Shown here: positions 9,002-17,896 of the stretch, piece by piece
Layout: each line of letters opens with the position of its first letter
Numbering within the stretch: the first letter of the stretch is position 1
Source: a virus
Taxonomy: Duplodnaviria; Caudoviricetes
DNA: 24,210 nt
Reading direction: 5' to 3' (one strand)
IMG/VR virus record: IMGVR_UViG_3300020045_004782
Coordinates: 1 to 24,210 of that record
Made by a program: the position numbers and the translations under genes
The notes under the pieces: generated by a model
Told to the model about the DNA's origin: nothing
What the model saw: the letters and a program-made list of their open reading frames with translations, nothing else
Database searches by the model: none

Positions 9002-9856
9002 ATGGCAACCGTTAGAGCATTAGTTGTAGCTGGAGGAGGAGGAGGAGGATACCTTGGAGGTGGAGGGGCTGGTGGTATGCAAGACAACGCAACAGTTACT
9101 GTTGCGGGGCAGGCTTATACAATTACCGTAGGAGGTGGCGGTGCAGGTTCTACCAACGGCTCTGCCGCCGGAGATAACGGAACAAACTCCTCGTTCGGTG
9201 CTTTGGTTGTCTCAACCGGAGGCGGTGGAGGAGGAGGAAACAACAATAACGCAGGAAACGGAGGTTCGGGCGGCGGTTCTGGGTTGGGCACATCTACCAT
9301 TGGAACAGGTACTGCAGGACAAGGAAATGATGGAGGTGTCTTTTTTGCTTCAGGATTGAATCGTGGAGGAGGTGGTGGAGGTGGAGCGTCTGCTGTTGGA
9401 GCCGATGGAGCTTCAGGTACAGGAGGTGACGGAGGCGCAGGAACAGCCTCAGACATCTCTGGTGCGTCTGTAACGTATGCAGGCGGTGGCGGTGGGGGTT
9501 ATGACTCTCGCGGTGCCTCAACTCCGGGTTCTGGAGGGGCGGGTGGTGGTGGAGATGGTGGCGGTGGTGCGGTCGTGGGAGGAAATGGTACTGCAAACAC
9601 CGGTGGAGGTGGAGGCGGTGGAGGTCAATCAGGTTCAGGAGAAGATGATGCAGGGAGCGGTGGTTCGGGTATTGTGATAATTTCATTCCCCGAAAATGGG
9701 TCCACTGGTGTCTCTACTTCTTCAACAGGAGGAACCATCACCTCATCGGGCGGAAACCAAATTCACACCTTCACCGCATCAGGAACATTTACAGCTGTAC
9801 TCGCTGGCGGCGGAGCTGTTGCCCACAACTTACTCCTTATGGGCGTAGGCGTATAA
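9002..9856 (+). CDS. Glycine-rich domain protein (tail fibre/adhesin-like)
   Basis: LVVAGGGGGG, YTITVGGGG, NTGGGGGG, GGSGIVII and IHTFTASGTF motifs of the common phage glycine-rich domain. Confidence 0.8.
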   Translation: MATVRALVVAGGGGGGYLGGGGAGGMQDNATVTVAGQAYTITVGGGGAGSTNGSAAGDNGTNSSFGALVVSTGGGGGGGNNNNAGNGGSGGGSGLGTSTIGTGTAGQGNDGGVFFASGLNRGGGGGGGASAVGADGASGTGGDGGAGTASDISGASVTYAGGGGGGYDSRGASTPGSGGAGGGGDGGGGAVVGGNGTANTGGGGGGGGQSGSGEDDAGSGGSGIVIISFPENGSTGVSTSSTGGTITSSGGNQIHTFTASGTFTAVLAGGGAVAHNLLLMGVGV

Positions 9857-9857
9857 C

Positions 9858-11453
9858 ATGACAACAAAAGTAATAGACAATTTTACAGGAAGATTAACCC
9901 GCACCTTTGAGGGGGACTTGAACTCTGGCTTGGCCAAGTTCAACAACTCTTTCGGGTACGACCCCTTTTCAAAGCCTGGGAATCTTACTTGGCTGTATAA
10001 ACCCACCGACATTGCAGGAGCGGTCATCACTGACGCTGTATTAGCAGGAAAGGTGTGGAGCTACTCGACCTCTACCCGATATGTATATGCAATAGGAAAT
10101 GCAGGGCGCGTGTATCTTATTGATCCAACCAACACAGGAGGTTCAAACGACCCTCTCTATGACACCCCGCTTCTTATAGGAACTCTCTCTACAGGTTCCC
10201 CCACCTTTACCTACGGAGGCTCTTTGGAGTTTTTCAACGGCAAGATATTCATATCTTCTGATGACCAGGTAACTCGTATTGATATTACCAACACCACATC
10301 CTCACTTGCGGGAGAAACCGAAATAGCGGGAGCCTCTCTCACCTCAGCACTCCCACACCCAATGGTGCAGTTCCAGGGAAAGCTCTATGTTGGTAACGGA
10401 AACAACATTGCAGAAATAGCTGTTACAAACCTTTTCACAACCGCAGCGAAATTGTCTCCCGCACTACCAAACGGTATGTATGTGCGCGACCTAGACGTTA
10501 CACCAGATGGTGTGTACATGATTATTACCGCCTCGTATATCTACCCACCAACGCTCAGCGCGGCATCTTACACACAACCCTATGCATCGGAGGCGTACCA
10601 GTTCTACTGGAACGGCACAGATGCGGGGATTACACAAATTGTTACTAATCCGAACTGGACAGTTACGGCCACCAACTCTTTCCTAGACAAAAGATACTCG
10701 TTCCTTAACGATGCTTTCGGAACAGCCCTCCTTGAGGGAAACCAGAAACTTCTGACCCTCCCACAAAACCAATCCCCAATGCCCTTTGGCGTTGCCTCCA
10801 ATGGACAGTTCCTTACCTGGGCTGCCCCAGAGATTACGGGAACCATAACAAACGCCTCAACCGCAGGAATAACGTGGACTTCTTTGTACTACTACGGACA
10901 ATTGGATGCGGGACAACCGCTCGGTTTGTGGAGAATGATGCGCGAAGCCGCAACAGGAGGTGCGGTGTGGAAGAACCCACTCAACATGATGGTGAACAAC
11001 TTTGGGTTTTCCATCAACAACGCAATCGCGTGGGGAAAGCACTACATCTCCGTCTTTGAACTAAGCGCGGCGACCTATCACTTATACCGATTGGTTCTTC
11101 CTCCCGCAGCAAACACAGCCCCAATGCTCGGTGTGTATGAAACACAGAATCAGGTCTTTAGTAAAAGGGTTGCCATTAAGCAAATTCGTTTCTACACGGA
11201 GCCGACCATCGCTGGTAATGGATTCCGCGCTGACCTTATCAACAGCAATGGGGATATTCACACCAACGGTACGTTTAACTACACCTTTGCAACGGGCTCT
11301 GACCCATATGCCCTCTCAGGGGCACTAGAGCGCATAGACTGGAACCCGAACATGGACACGGTGTTCTGTGCGGGTCTCCGTATCACCAACTCAGGAACCA
11401 TAAACATGACCTTTATGAAGATAGAGATAGACTTTGACGAGTCTGGAAAATAA
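9858..11453 (+). CDS. Tail nozzle / DNA-stabilisation protein (P22 gp10- or T7 gp12-like, beta-propeller)
   Basis: 531 aa; N-terminal IDNFTGRL, repeated beta-blade motifs (FNGKIFI, FQGKLYVG), C-terminal YETQN; position in the tail module. Confidence 0.7.
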   Translation: MTTKVIDNFTGRLTRTFEGDLNSGLAKFNNSFGYDPFSKPGNLTWLYKPTDIAGAVITDAVLAGKVWSYSTSTRYVYAIGNAGRVYLIDPTNTGGSNDPLYDTPLLIGTLSTGSPTFTYGGSLEFFNGKIFISSDDQVTRIDITNTTSSLAGETEIAGASLTSALPHPMVQFQGKLYVGNGNNIAEIAVTNLFTTAAKLSPALPNGMYVRDLDVTPDGVYMIITASYIYPPTLSAASYTQPYASEAYQFYWNGTDAGITQIVTNPNWTVTATNSFLDKRYSFLNDAFGTALLEGNQKLLTLPQNQSPMPFGVASNGQFLTWAAPEITGTITNASTAGITWTSLYYYGQLDAGQPLGLWRMMREAATGGAVWKNPLNMMVNNFGFSINNAIAWGKHYISVFELSAATYHLYRLVLPPAANTAPMLGVYETQNQVFSKRVAIKQIRFYTEPTIAGNGFRADLINSNGDIHTNGTFNYTFATGSDPYALSGALERIDWNPNMDTVFCAGLRITNSGTINMTFMKIEIDFDESGK

Positions 11454-11454
11454 C

Positions 11455-12687
11455 ATGACACCTGAGGAAGTACAAAAATTGGTAGACAGGGAGATTGCTC
11501 AGGCAACGGGATTTTCCACACGCAAGGTTGGAGATACTCCTACAGACAACAACCAGCTCACTCCCAAACAGTGGGTAGACGGGCAGATTTCCTCTGTTTA
11601 TGCATCTGCTGTGGCTGGAATTACCGTTCCCTCTTTGTTGAACTACCGCTTCTTTGGAGATGGCTCAGACGGTTCCTCTGTTATTACGTCAGGCTCCATT
11701 GTTCTAGGTAGAGATATGTTTTGGAGCAACCTAACTCTCGGAGGAACCACGTTTATTAACACGGCTGGCTATAGAATCTTTGTTTCAAGTGTCTTGCAAA
11801 TAGGTTCTGTTGTTGGGGGTGGCCCAGCGATAGGCAGAAATGGTGGCATTGGTGGCCCTGGGGCAAATGGCGTAAACAAAACGGGTGGTGCGGGTGGGGG
11901 CGGGGCATCCATTCTCAGTGCGGGCACCCTTACTTCAATCCTTGGCGGTGTAACGGGAACACCAGGGGCTTCTGGTGTTACTTCCCCAGCCGCAGGACAG
12001 GTTTGTTCTGTGAATGGACAGGGGGCGGGGACAACCCACTCAATTGGAGGGGCGGGTGGTCTAAATACTGGCACGGGTGGTGCGGGTGGGGCTTCTGACG
12101 CTCAAGCTGGCGGCACCACAGCAACCTCTGCGGGGCCAGTTGCCGTTGTTGAGCCAAAGCGACCACTCCGCTCTCTGGACACATTCCAATCTCTCTCAGA
12201 CTCAGACGCATCTTCAGTAAGTTATGTAATCCCATATCAAGGTTCTTCCCAAGGAGGAGATGCTGTTGGTGGTTCAAGTGGGGGCGCGGGCAATGGAGAA
12301 AGCGGTGGAGGTGGAGGGGGCGGTGGAGGGGGCGGCACGGGTGGCATTGTTGTTGTCTACGCAAGACGACTTATTAACAACAGCACAAACGGTATCCAGG
12401 CCCTTGGTGGCAATGGTGGTAATGGTGGCAATGGTGCAAACGCCAGCGGAACAGAGGGCGGAGGCGGTGGAGGGGGCGCGGGAGGCATAGGAGGCACTGG
12501 GGGGGTTATTGTTACCATGTTTGAGTCCTCTGTACAAAGTGGCACTTATAACGTATCAGGAGGTACTGGGGGCTCAGGTGGCACGGGGGGAAACAAGGTT
12601 GGCGGCAACAGCAACAATGGCTCAAGCGGAACAGCGGGTTTTGGCGCAACCTCTGGCAAGGAATGGCACTATCAGGTGGTTTATTAG
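11455..12687 (+). CDS. Second glycine-rich tail fibre-like protein
   Basis: ATG at 11455, 1 nt after the upstream TAA, preferred over the track start 11434; LTPKQWVD, FFGDGSDG, NTAGYRIFV and GGxGG repeats. Confidence 0.75.
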   Translation: MTPEEVQKLVDREIAQATGFSTRKVGDTPTDNNQLTPKQWVDGQISSVYASAVAGITVPSLLNYRFFGDGSDGSSVITSGSIVLGRDMFWSNLTLGGTTFINTAGYRIFVSSVLQIGSVVGGGPAIGRNGGIGGPGANGVNKTGGAGGGGASILSAGTLTSILGGVTGTPGASGVTSPAAGQVCSVNGQGAGTTHSIGGAGGLNTGTGGAGGASDAQAGGTTATSAGPVAVVEPKRPLRSLDTFQSLSDSDASSVSYVIPYQGSSQGGDAVGGSSGGAGNGESGGGGGGGGGGGTGGIVVVYARRLINNSTNGIQALGGNGGNGGNGANASGTEGGGGGGGAGGIGGTGGVIVTMFESSVQSGTYNVSGGTGGSGGTGGNKVGGNSNNGSSGTAGFGATSGKEWHYQVVY

Positions 12688-12701
12688 GGTAGAATATTAT
12701 A

Positions 12702-14501
12702 ATGGCATACACAGCGACACAAAACACTTCGGGAACTTACGACATCTTCCAAGATGGCGTTAAGAAAAGCACGGGTACTGCCGACATTCTCGGCAACTAC
12801 GGCCTTTCTACTACCCAACTTTCAACACAAAACGCAACGTCTTCTCCCGTTGCTCCAACAGCAACCAACACCTCTACCCCAGCAACAATGGGGGGCTACT
12901 ACACCACTGGTAACATGACAGGACAGTTGGTAAATCAGCCAGCACCCGCTCCTGCGCCAACCACCCAGCCAACCACACAAGCACCAACACAGACCCAACA
13001 GACCACACAGCAACAGCCAGCAGGAGCTACACCAACACAACAAAGTGCACCCCTGACCTTCAACGGTTCAATAGTAGACCTTCTTAACACGGCGGGAGTT
13101 GATTCCTCGTTCGCAGCAAGAGCACAAATGGCTCAACAGTTTGGTATGCAGGGGTACACAGGCACAGCCTCTCAAAACACAGACCTTGCTAAGAAGTATC
13201 TTGATGCCTATAACGCAAACAAAAGCACCCCAACCCCTGTCTCTGGCGCACAAGCTGGGAGCCAACTAAGTTCCTATTTCCAAAAAGGAGGAACAGAAAC
13301 GGTGCAAGACCCACTGAAGTCCTTTTACGACCAGATGGGTGCAATGGACCCGCTCTCAATGAGTCTGTTCCAACAACTATCACAAGTTGCATCCACACCG
13401 CTCAACCAGCAGTCTCTAACTGACTTCTACAAACAAGAAATTGCCTCTCAGGGGATTCCTGAGTTGAACATGGAGCTTGGTGAAATACTAAATTCCGTTC
13501 GTTTTTCGGAAGATGATATAAGAGAAGAAATACAGAGAGGTGGTGGAATCGCGACAAATTCGCAAGTACAAGCCCTGGCTGCTGCAAGAAATAAAACCTT
13601 GATAAGGAAAGCCGATATGCTTTCCAGTGCGTTACAAGCAAAATCAGAATACGTTGATACTATAGTTTCGTTAACTCAGGCAGACAGAAAGCAAGTCTCC
13701 GAGGATTTAGACCGTAAACTCGGCATTACCCAGCAACTATTCACCATGTCTCAACAGATGAATAATGCTGCGAGAGAAAACTACAAGTCACTGATTTCTA
13801 ACATTGGTTACGATGGTTTGGTTGATTCAATTTCAAGTCCTGGTGAACTACAGAACATTGCCCGTGTTATGGGTATGTCCCCTAAGATGCTTATGCAACT
13901 TGGTTCAGTTAAAACCACAGCACAGAGAGCACAAGAACTTGATGAAATGAATTTCCAGTTGTCCCAAGATAAATTCGCAGAAGATAAGAGACAATTTGGT
14001 CTACAGTATGCACTTGAACAAAATAAATTGGCACAGCAACAAGCTGCAAGTACGGTTATGAGTCCTTATACTGTAGAGCGTTCTGACCGCAACCTACAGA
14101 GTGTAGATGAGCTCTTGCCTAAAGTATCTTCTAAGACCGTTGGGCTAGGTTCTCTAACTTCTTATATCCCAGGAACAGATGCACGCAACTTTAAAGCAGA
14201 AGTAGATACTCTAAAAGCCAATGTTGCTTTCAGTGAACTTACTGCCATGCGGGAAGCCTCTAAGACAGGAGGAGCACTTGGAGCTATTTCAGACCGTGAA
14301 TTGGGTCTGTTACAATCTTCTTTGGGTGCGCTTGATACAGGCCAGAGCCCAGAGAACTTTAGGTTACAACTAGGTAAGGTGAAGGAATCTATTTATAGAT
14401 GGAACGCACAAGCACTTTCACTTTCAAGCGGGTATGACTACGAAGGCATGAAGAATAGTGGTTATTCTGATGAAGAAATTTATAATTACTTAGCTAAATA
14501 A
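12702..14501 (+). CDS. Internal virion / DNA ejection protein with a DUF3597-like segment
   Basis: 599 aa; Thr/Gln/Pro-rich N-terminus, SIVDLL..DSSFAAR..YTGTASQN segment, C-terminal DTLKANVAFSELTAMREASKTGGALGAISDREL motif seen in podovirus ejection proteins. Confidence 0.7.
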   Translation: MAYTATQNTSGTYDIFQDGVKKSTGTADILGNYGLSTTQLSTQNATSSPVAPTATNTSTPATMGGYYTTGNMTGQLVNQPAPAPAPTTQPTTQAPTQTQQTTQQQPAGATPTQQSAPLTFNGSIVDLLNTAGVDSSFAARAQMAQQFGMQGYTGTASQNTDLAKKYLDAYNANKSTPTPVSGAQAGSQLSSYFQKGGTETVQDPLKSFYDQMGAMDPLSMSLFQQLSQVASTPLNQQSLTDFYKQEIASQGIPELNMELGEILNSVRFSEDDIREEIQRGGGIATNSQVQALAAARNKTLIRKADMLSSALQAKSEYVDTIVSLTQADRKQVSEDLDRKLGITQQLFTMSQQMNNAARENYKSLISNIGYDGLVDSISSPGELQNIARVMGMSPKMLMQLGSVKTTAQRAQELDEMNFQLSQDKFAEDKRQFGLQYALEQNKLAQQQAASTVMSPYTVERSDRNLQSVDELLPKVSSKTVGLGSLTSYIPGTDARNFKAEVDTLKANVAFSELTAMREASKTGGALGAISDRELGLLQSSLGALDTGQSPENFRLQLGKVKESIYRWNAQALSLSSGYDYEGMKNSGYSDEEIYNYLAK

Positions 14502-14502
14502 T

Positions 14503-15891
14503 ATGGAAAGACCACCACTATCTTCATTCAAGCTGAACCCAGGAGAAATACCTGAGGAATTTCCTCGCTTAAATCCCTCTAAGGAGGTCGTGTCTGCTAC
14601 ACAACCCACAGGAAACAAAAGTTTTTTTCAAAAGGCTACAGATGTTGCAGAAGGAGTAACCGATACTCTAGGTCTTGGAGGGACAGTTGATTTCCTTGGA
14701 AAAACTGCGGCAGGAGTGATGCATCCAAAGTTAGCTGCCGAAGGGTATATTGAAAAACCAACAATAAAAGAAGGAATAGGAGCTGGACTACAGCTTGGCT
14801 CACTTGTTTCTCCTATTGGTAGGGGGTTATCCTTTGTAAAAACCCTCGCTAAAGGAGCACTAGAAGGTGCTGGGATGCTTGGAGGACAAGCTCTTACAGA
14901 GGATAAAAGTCTCGGTGAATCTGTAAAGGAAGCCGGTACAGGAGCTAAAATCGGGGTAGGGCTAGGAGTTGCGGGTAAGGTTCTCTCATCAGCAGGAAAG
15001 GGAGTGTACAAATTTATTATTCCCAAGGGAGCCCGTGAAGCCGACCTTATCCAGGCGTATAAAGCCAATACTCCGTTCCTAGAACGTGTTTCACTTGCGG
15101 CACAAGGTAAAACTAAAGCACCTATTACAGCAGGAGAAACTGCATTTAACGTAGAAGTCCCAGGGCAAGTATTTAACATGCAAGGTCTTAGAGGAACTGA
15201 AAGTCAATTGGGTGTGCAAGCACGCAAAGCAAGTAAGAATCTTTGGGAAGGGCTTATCTCTCCGTCACTTGACCAGAGTGGCACTAAGGTAGACATGCCA
15301 ACTTTCTTTGGGGAGCTTGAAAAAAAGATTGTAAAGGAAAACGTAGAAAAGAGTAGACAGAAAGCTCTTATAGAAGCTCTTGACGCTTTAAAAGAAGATT
15401 ATGCGGGTGTGGGTTCCGTTCCTATAAAAGACTTGCAGAAGTTTAAGGAAGGTTGGGCACAACTTGTACCTGATAAGGCTTATAGAGGGAAGCCAATCGC
15501 AGGGGCTTTCAGAGATGTGCAAAACAATGCGGCTGACTTAGCTCGTACTGCGATTTATGATGCACTTGGGCCAGAAGTTAGACGTGCGTATATTGATTAC
15601 GGAAATCTAAAAGCTATCCAAGAAATCGGAATTAAAGCGATGACAGGGGGAAAACTAAAAGGGGGAGCTGGCTCCTTCCTTAGTGGACTTTACGAAATGG
15701 CACTAACACCAGTTTCAACAATGGGAGGATTAGTCGTGTATAAAACAGGCCAAGGAATTCTCCTAATAGGAGCCCCTGGTGTTGGGACGATTGGCGAACT
15801 GTTAACGGCAGACGACTCATCACAGCCCCAGACAGAAGCCCCAGTACCCACAGGACGCCGCCCACTAGAAGAATTCCGAAAAGAAAAGTAA
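14503..15891 (+). CDS. Internal virion / DNA ejection protein
   Basis: 462 aa, Gly/Ala-rich amphipathic helices, follows the first ejection gene by 1 nt. Confidence 0.65.
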   Translation: MERPPLSSFKLNPGEIPEEFPRLNPSKEVVSATQPTGNKSFFQKATDVAEGVTDTLGLGGTVDFLGKTAAGVMHPKLAAEGYIEKPTIKEGIGAGLQLGSLVSPIGRGLSFVKTLAKGALEGAGMLGGQALTEDKSLGESVKEAGTGAKIGVGLGVAGKVLSSAGKGVYKFIIPKGAREADLIQAYKANTPFLERVSLAAQGKTKAPITAGETAFNVEVPGQVFNMQGLRGTESQLGVQARKASKNLWEGLISPSLDQSGTKVDMPTFFGELEKKIVKENVEKSRQKALIEALDALKEDYAGVGSVPIKDLQKFKEGWAQLVPDKAYRGKPIAGAFRDVQNNAADLARTAIYDALGPEVRRAYIDYGNLKAIQEIGIKAMTGGKLKGGAGSFLSGLYEMALTPVSTMGGLVVYKTGQGILLIGAPGVGTIGELLTADDSSQPQTEAPVPTGRRPLEEFRKEK

Positions 15892-15896
15892 TCATG

Positions 15897-16379
15897 TTAT
15901 TTAAGCCATCTATTTTTAGTGACTGGACGACTCAAGGCTCTTTCAAGAGTCCAACCAGCATATATTCTTTTAACCAAAACTCGGTATCTAATACCAGCTC
16001 TTTCGGCGATTTCAACCAAAGCAAGTCTTTCTCCTTTAAAATCAAAGTAAAGGTTTTGGGAGCTGTTTCTTCTCTGTTGTTTCATAGTTGCCCACATACA
16101 ATTTTCTTTGGAGTAAGGGCCCTCGTTGTTCACACGCTCAATAGAGGTGTGTTTCTCACCGTACTTCTTTACATGAGCCTTAAAAGGCTCCCACATGTCG
16201 TCACGGAACTCCTCAAAAGTAGTCCAATTGAATGTAATTCCCTTCCCACCGTAGTTATGAAAAGCAGGATTTTTAGGATTTGTACATCTTTGACGAATAT
16301 GCTGAAAACGATGATAAAACTTGAGTTCAAGAGGGCTTTTAACCGCCTTTTGCCCAATACTGAAGCCATGTTTAATCAC
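15897..16379 (-). CDS. Free-standing HNH-type homing endonuclease
   Basis: RQRCTNPKNPAFHNYGGKGI, SIERVNNEGPYSKENCMWAT..QQRRN and C-terminal HTH (RIYAGWTLERAL). Confidence 0.85.
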   Translation of the reverse strand: MIKHGFSIGQKAVKSPLELKFYHRFQHIRQRCTNPKNPAFHNYGGKGITFNWTTFEEFRDDMWEPFKAHVKKYGEKHTSIERVNNEGPYSKENCMWATMKQQRRNSSQNLYFDFKGERLALVEIAERAGIRYRVLVKRIYAGWTLERALSRPVTKNRWLK

Positions 16380-16387
16380 TCTTATAT

Positions 16388-16416
16388 ATTAACAAGTTCC
16401 TTCTAAAAGAGCAACT
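16388..16416 (-). promoter_or_regulatory. Candidate sigma70-type promoter for the HNH gene
   Basis: Minus strand TTGCTC-17 nt-TAATAT with a TGn extension, shortly upstream of the GTG at 16379; coordinates approximate. Confidence 0.35.
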
Positions 16417-16419
16417 ATT

Positions 16420-16686
16420 ATGTCAGAGCAAAAATTTAAGGAGGCTAAAGGGGATTTGAAACTATCTCAAGGTCTTATAGATAGATACAGGGCCTCCCAA
16501 AGACCCCAGCAACAGGCTCCTGAAGCCCCAGAAATGCCCCAGGAGGAGGTTATGGAGGAGGAGGCTACCCCTATGCAGGAAGAAGCTCCTGTAGAGGCTA
16601 AAGTTGAGGAGGTAACTGAAACCCCTAAAGAAGAACCAAAGGAGGTAGAGCTTAAAATTGGAGCAGAGATGACCCCTAAGGAGTAA
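16420..16686 (+). CDS. Acidic Glu/Pro-rich hypothetical protein
   Basis: 88-aa ORF resuming the + strand operon after the HNH insertion. Confidence 0.7.
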   Translation: MSEQKFKEAKGDLKLSQGLIDRYRASQRPQQQAPEAPEMPQEEVMEEEATPMQEEAPVEAKVEEVTETPKEEPKEVELKIGAEMTPKE

Positions 16687-16690
16687 GTTT

Positions 16691-16912
16691 ATGGAACAGA
16701 AACCCCACTGGCTGACAGACCACGAAGAAGACGACAGAAGACGCTTTGACGAACTCAAAGAGTCTATAACGGAACTTAAAACAATGGTTAAGCCAATCTC
16801 GGACACCTACACTTCTTTAGAAAATCTAGGGCGATGGGCGAAACTGCTTATCGGCTTTCTTGCACTATCGGCGGGTCTTCTTTACACGATTAAGCAGTTG
16901 TGGAAAATATGA
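16691..16912 (+). CDS. Small membrane protein of the lysis cassette (coiled coil plus one C-terminal TM)
   Basis: 73 aa; WAKLLIGFLALSAGLLYTI hydrophobic segment; ATGA overlap with the endolysin. Confidence 0.7.
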   Translation: MEQKPHWLTDHEEDDRRRFDELKESITELKTMVKPISDTYTSLENLGRWAKLLIGFLALSAGLLYTIKQLWKI

Positions 16913-17562
16913 AGTCTCCAATAGACGCATTTTCTCCACTTGCGTATCCAACAGGAAACATAACCCAATTCTTTGGAGAGAACCAGGCTCTCTATTTCAA
17001 GGAGTTTCAAATGCAAGGACACAATGGCTGGGACATTGTAGCCCCTTGGGGAACCCCACTTCTTGCGGTAATGGACGGAATCATTGGAGAGGTTAAGGAA
17101 GAATCCACTGGCTATGGAAAGCAAATAAGACTCATTGGGGACATCGGAGACACTTACCTAGAGTGGGTCTATGGCCACTGTTCTCAGATTGGTGTTAAGC
17201 GAGGCCAGAGGGTTGTTGCGGGACAGCAGATAGCCCTCATGGGGAATACGGGGTTTGTGGTAAGCGGGGCGACTCCTTTTTGGAAGTATAATCCCTACGC
17301 GGGAACACACCTCCACCTTGGGGTTAGACAGGTGAAAAAGGGTTCAATTACAACGATTTCTTGGCTCAATGACCAACCAGAAAACCGCATTACGGGAGAG
17401 CTTCTAAACGCCAACAATGGCTTCAAGGGCTCTATTGACCCCCACCCATTCTTCCTAAATACTATTCCTTATTACGAACCTAATACCTTTGACCTTACAA
17501 AACAGTCAATCATTAACAGGCTCGCAGTTCTGTACGCTCAATTAAAAGCTCTAACCAAGTAA
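16909..17562 (+). CDS. M23 family metallopeptidase (endolysin)
   Basis: HNGWD (HxxxD), GYGK, YGH, MGNTG and THLHLG (HxH); start at 16909 from the ATGA overlap. Confidence 0.92.
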   Translation: MKSPIDAFSPLAYPTGNITQFFGENQALYFKEFQMQGHNGWDIVAPWGTPLLAVMDGIIGEVKEESTGYGKQIRLIGDIGDTYLEWVYGHCSQIGVKRGQRVVAGQQIALMGNTGFVVSGATPFWKYNPYAGTHLHLGVRQVKKGSITTISWLNDQPENRITGELLNANNGFKGSIDPHPFFLNTIPYYEPNTFDLTKQSIINRLAVLYAQLKALTK

Positions 17563-17563
17563 T

Positions 17564-17806
17564 ATGGAAATTTCACTTTCAGCAGAAGCTCTCGCTCTCG
17601 TTCCAATCGTTATGGCTCTCACCGCGCTCGCAAAGAATTACATGAAGTCAAAGTGGGCACCGCTCATGGCTCTTGTTCTTGGTGTTGCGGGAATGTTCCT
17701 CATCCCACAAGCAACAATGGCAATGACTATCCTTTCAGGAATCGTTGTTGGTCTTACTGCCTCTGGTCTATACAGTGGTGGAAAGACAATGATTAACTTC
17801 AAGTAG
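17564..17806 (+). CDS. Holin (about 3 TM)
   Basis: 80 aa, hydrophobic, GIVVGLTASGLYSGGK motif, 1 nt after the endolysin. Confidence 0.85.
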   Translation: MEISLSAEALALVPIVMALTALAKNYMKSKWAPLMALVLGVAGMFLIPQATMAMTILSGIVVGLTASGLYSGGKTMINFK

Positions 17807-17820
17807 TTCCCTTCTCGGAA

Positions 17821-17893
17821 CGGCAAAGCGTACTCTCGTCTTAGTCGGGCGATAACATACGCGAGAATTGACTGAACTCGGTACTAATTACCG
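17821..17893 (+). promoter_or_regulatory. Candidate cis-regulatory RNA (three-way junction with loop-loop pairing)
   Basis: Hand-folded stems and complementary loops, see findings. Confidence 0.5.
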
Positions 17894-17896
17894 CTT

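Noticed and set aside
9115-12545. Pro- or His-rich minus-strand ORFs and alternative-frame ORFs
   Set aside because: Shadows of GGN codon runs in the glycine-rich genes
15894-16406. 170-aa + strand ORF filling the gap in the late operon
   Set aside because: Antisense shadow of a motif-complete HNH gene; Ser/Phe-rich with no recognisable features
17821-17893. Canonical c-di-GMP-I or c-di-GMP-II riboswitch call
   Set aside because: Lacks the GNRA tetraloop/receptor and GACGCAAAG junction of class I and the kink-turn of class II; kept only as an unclassified candidate
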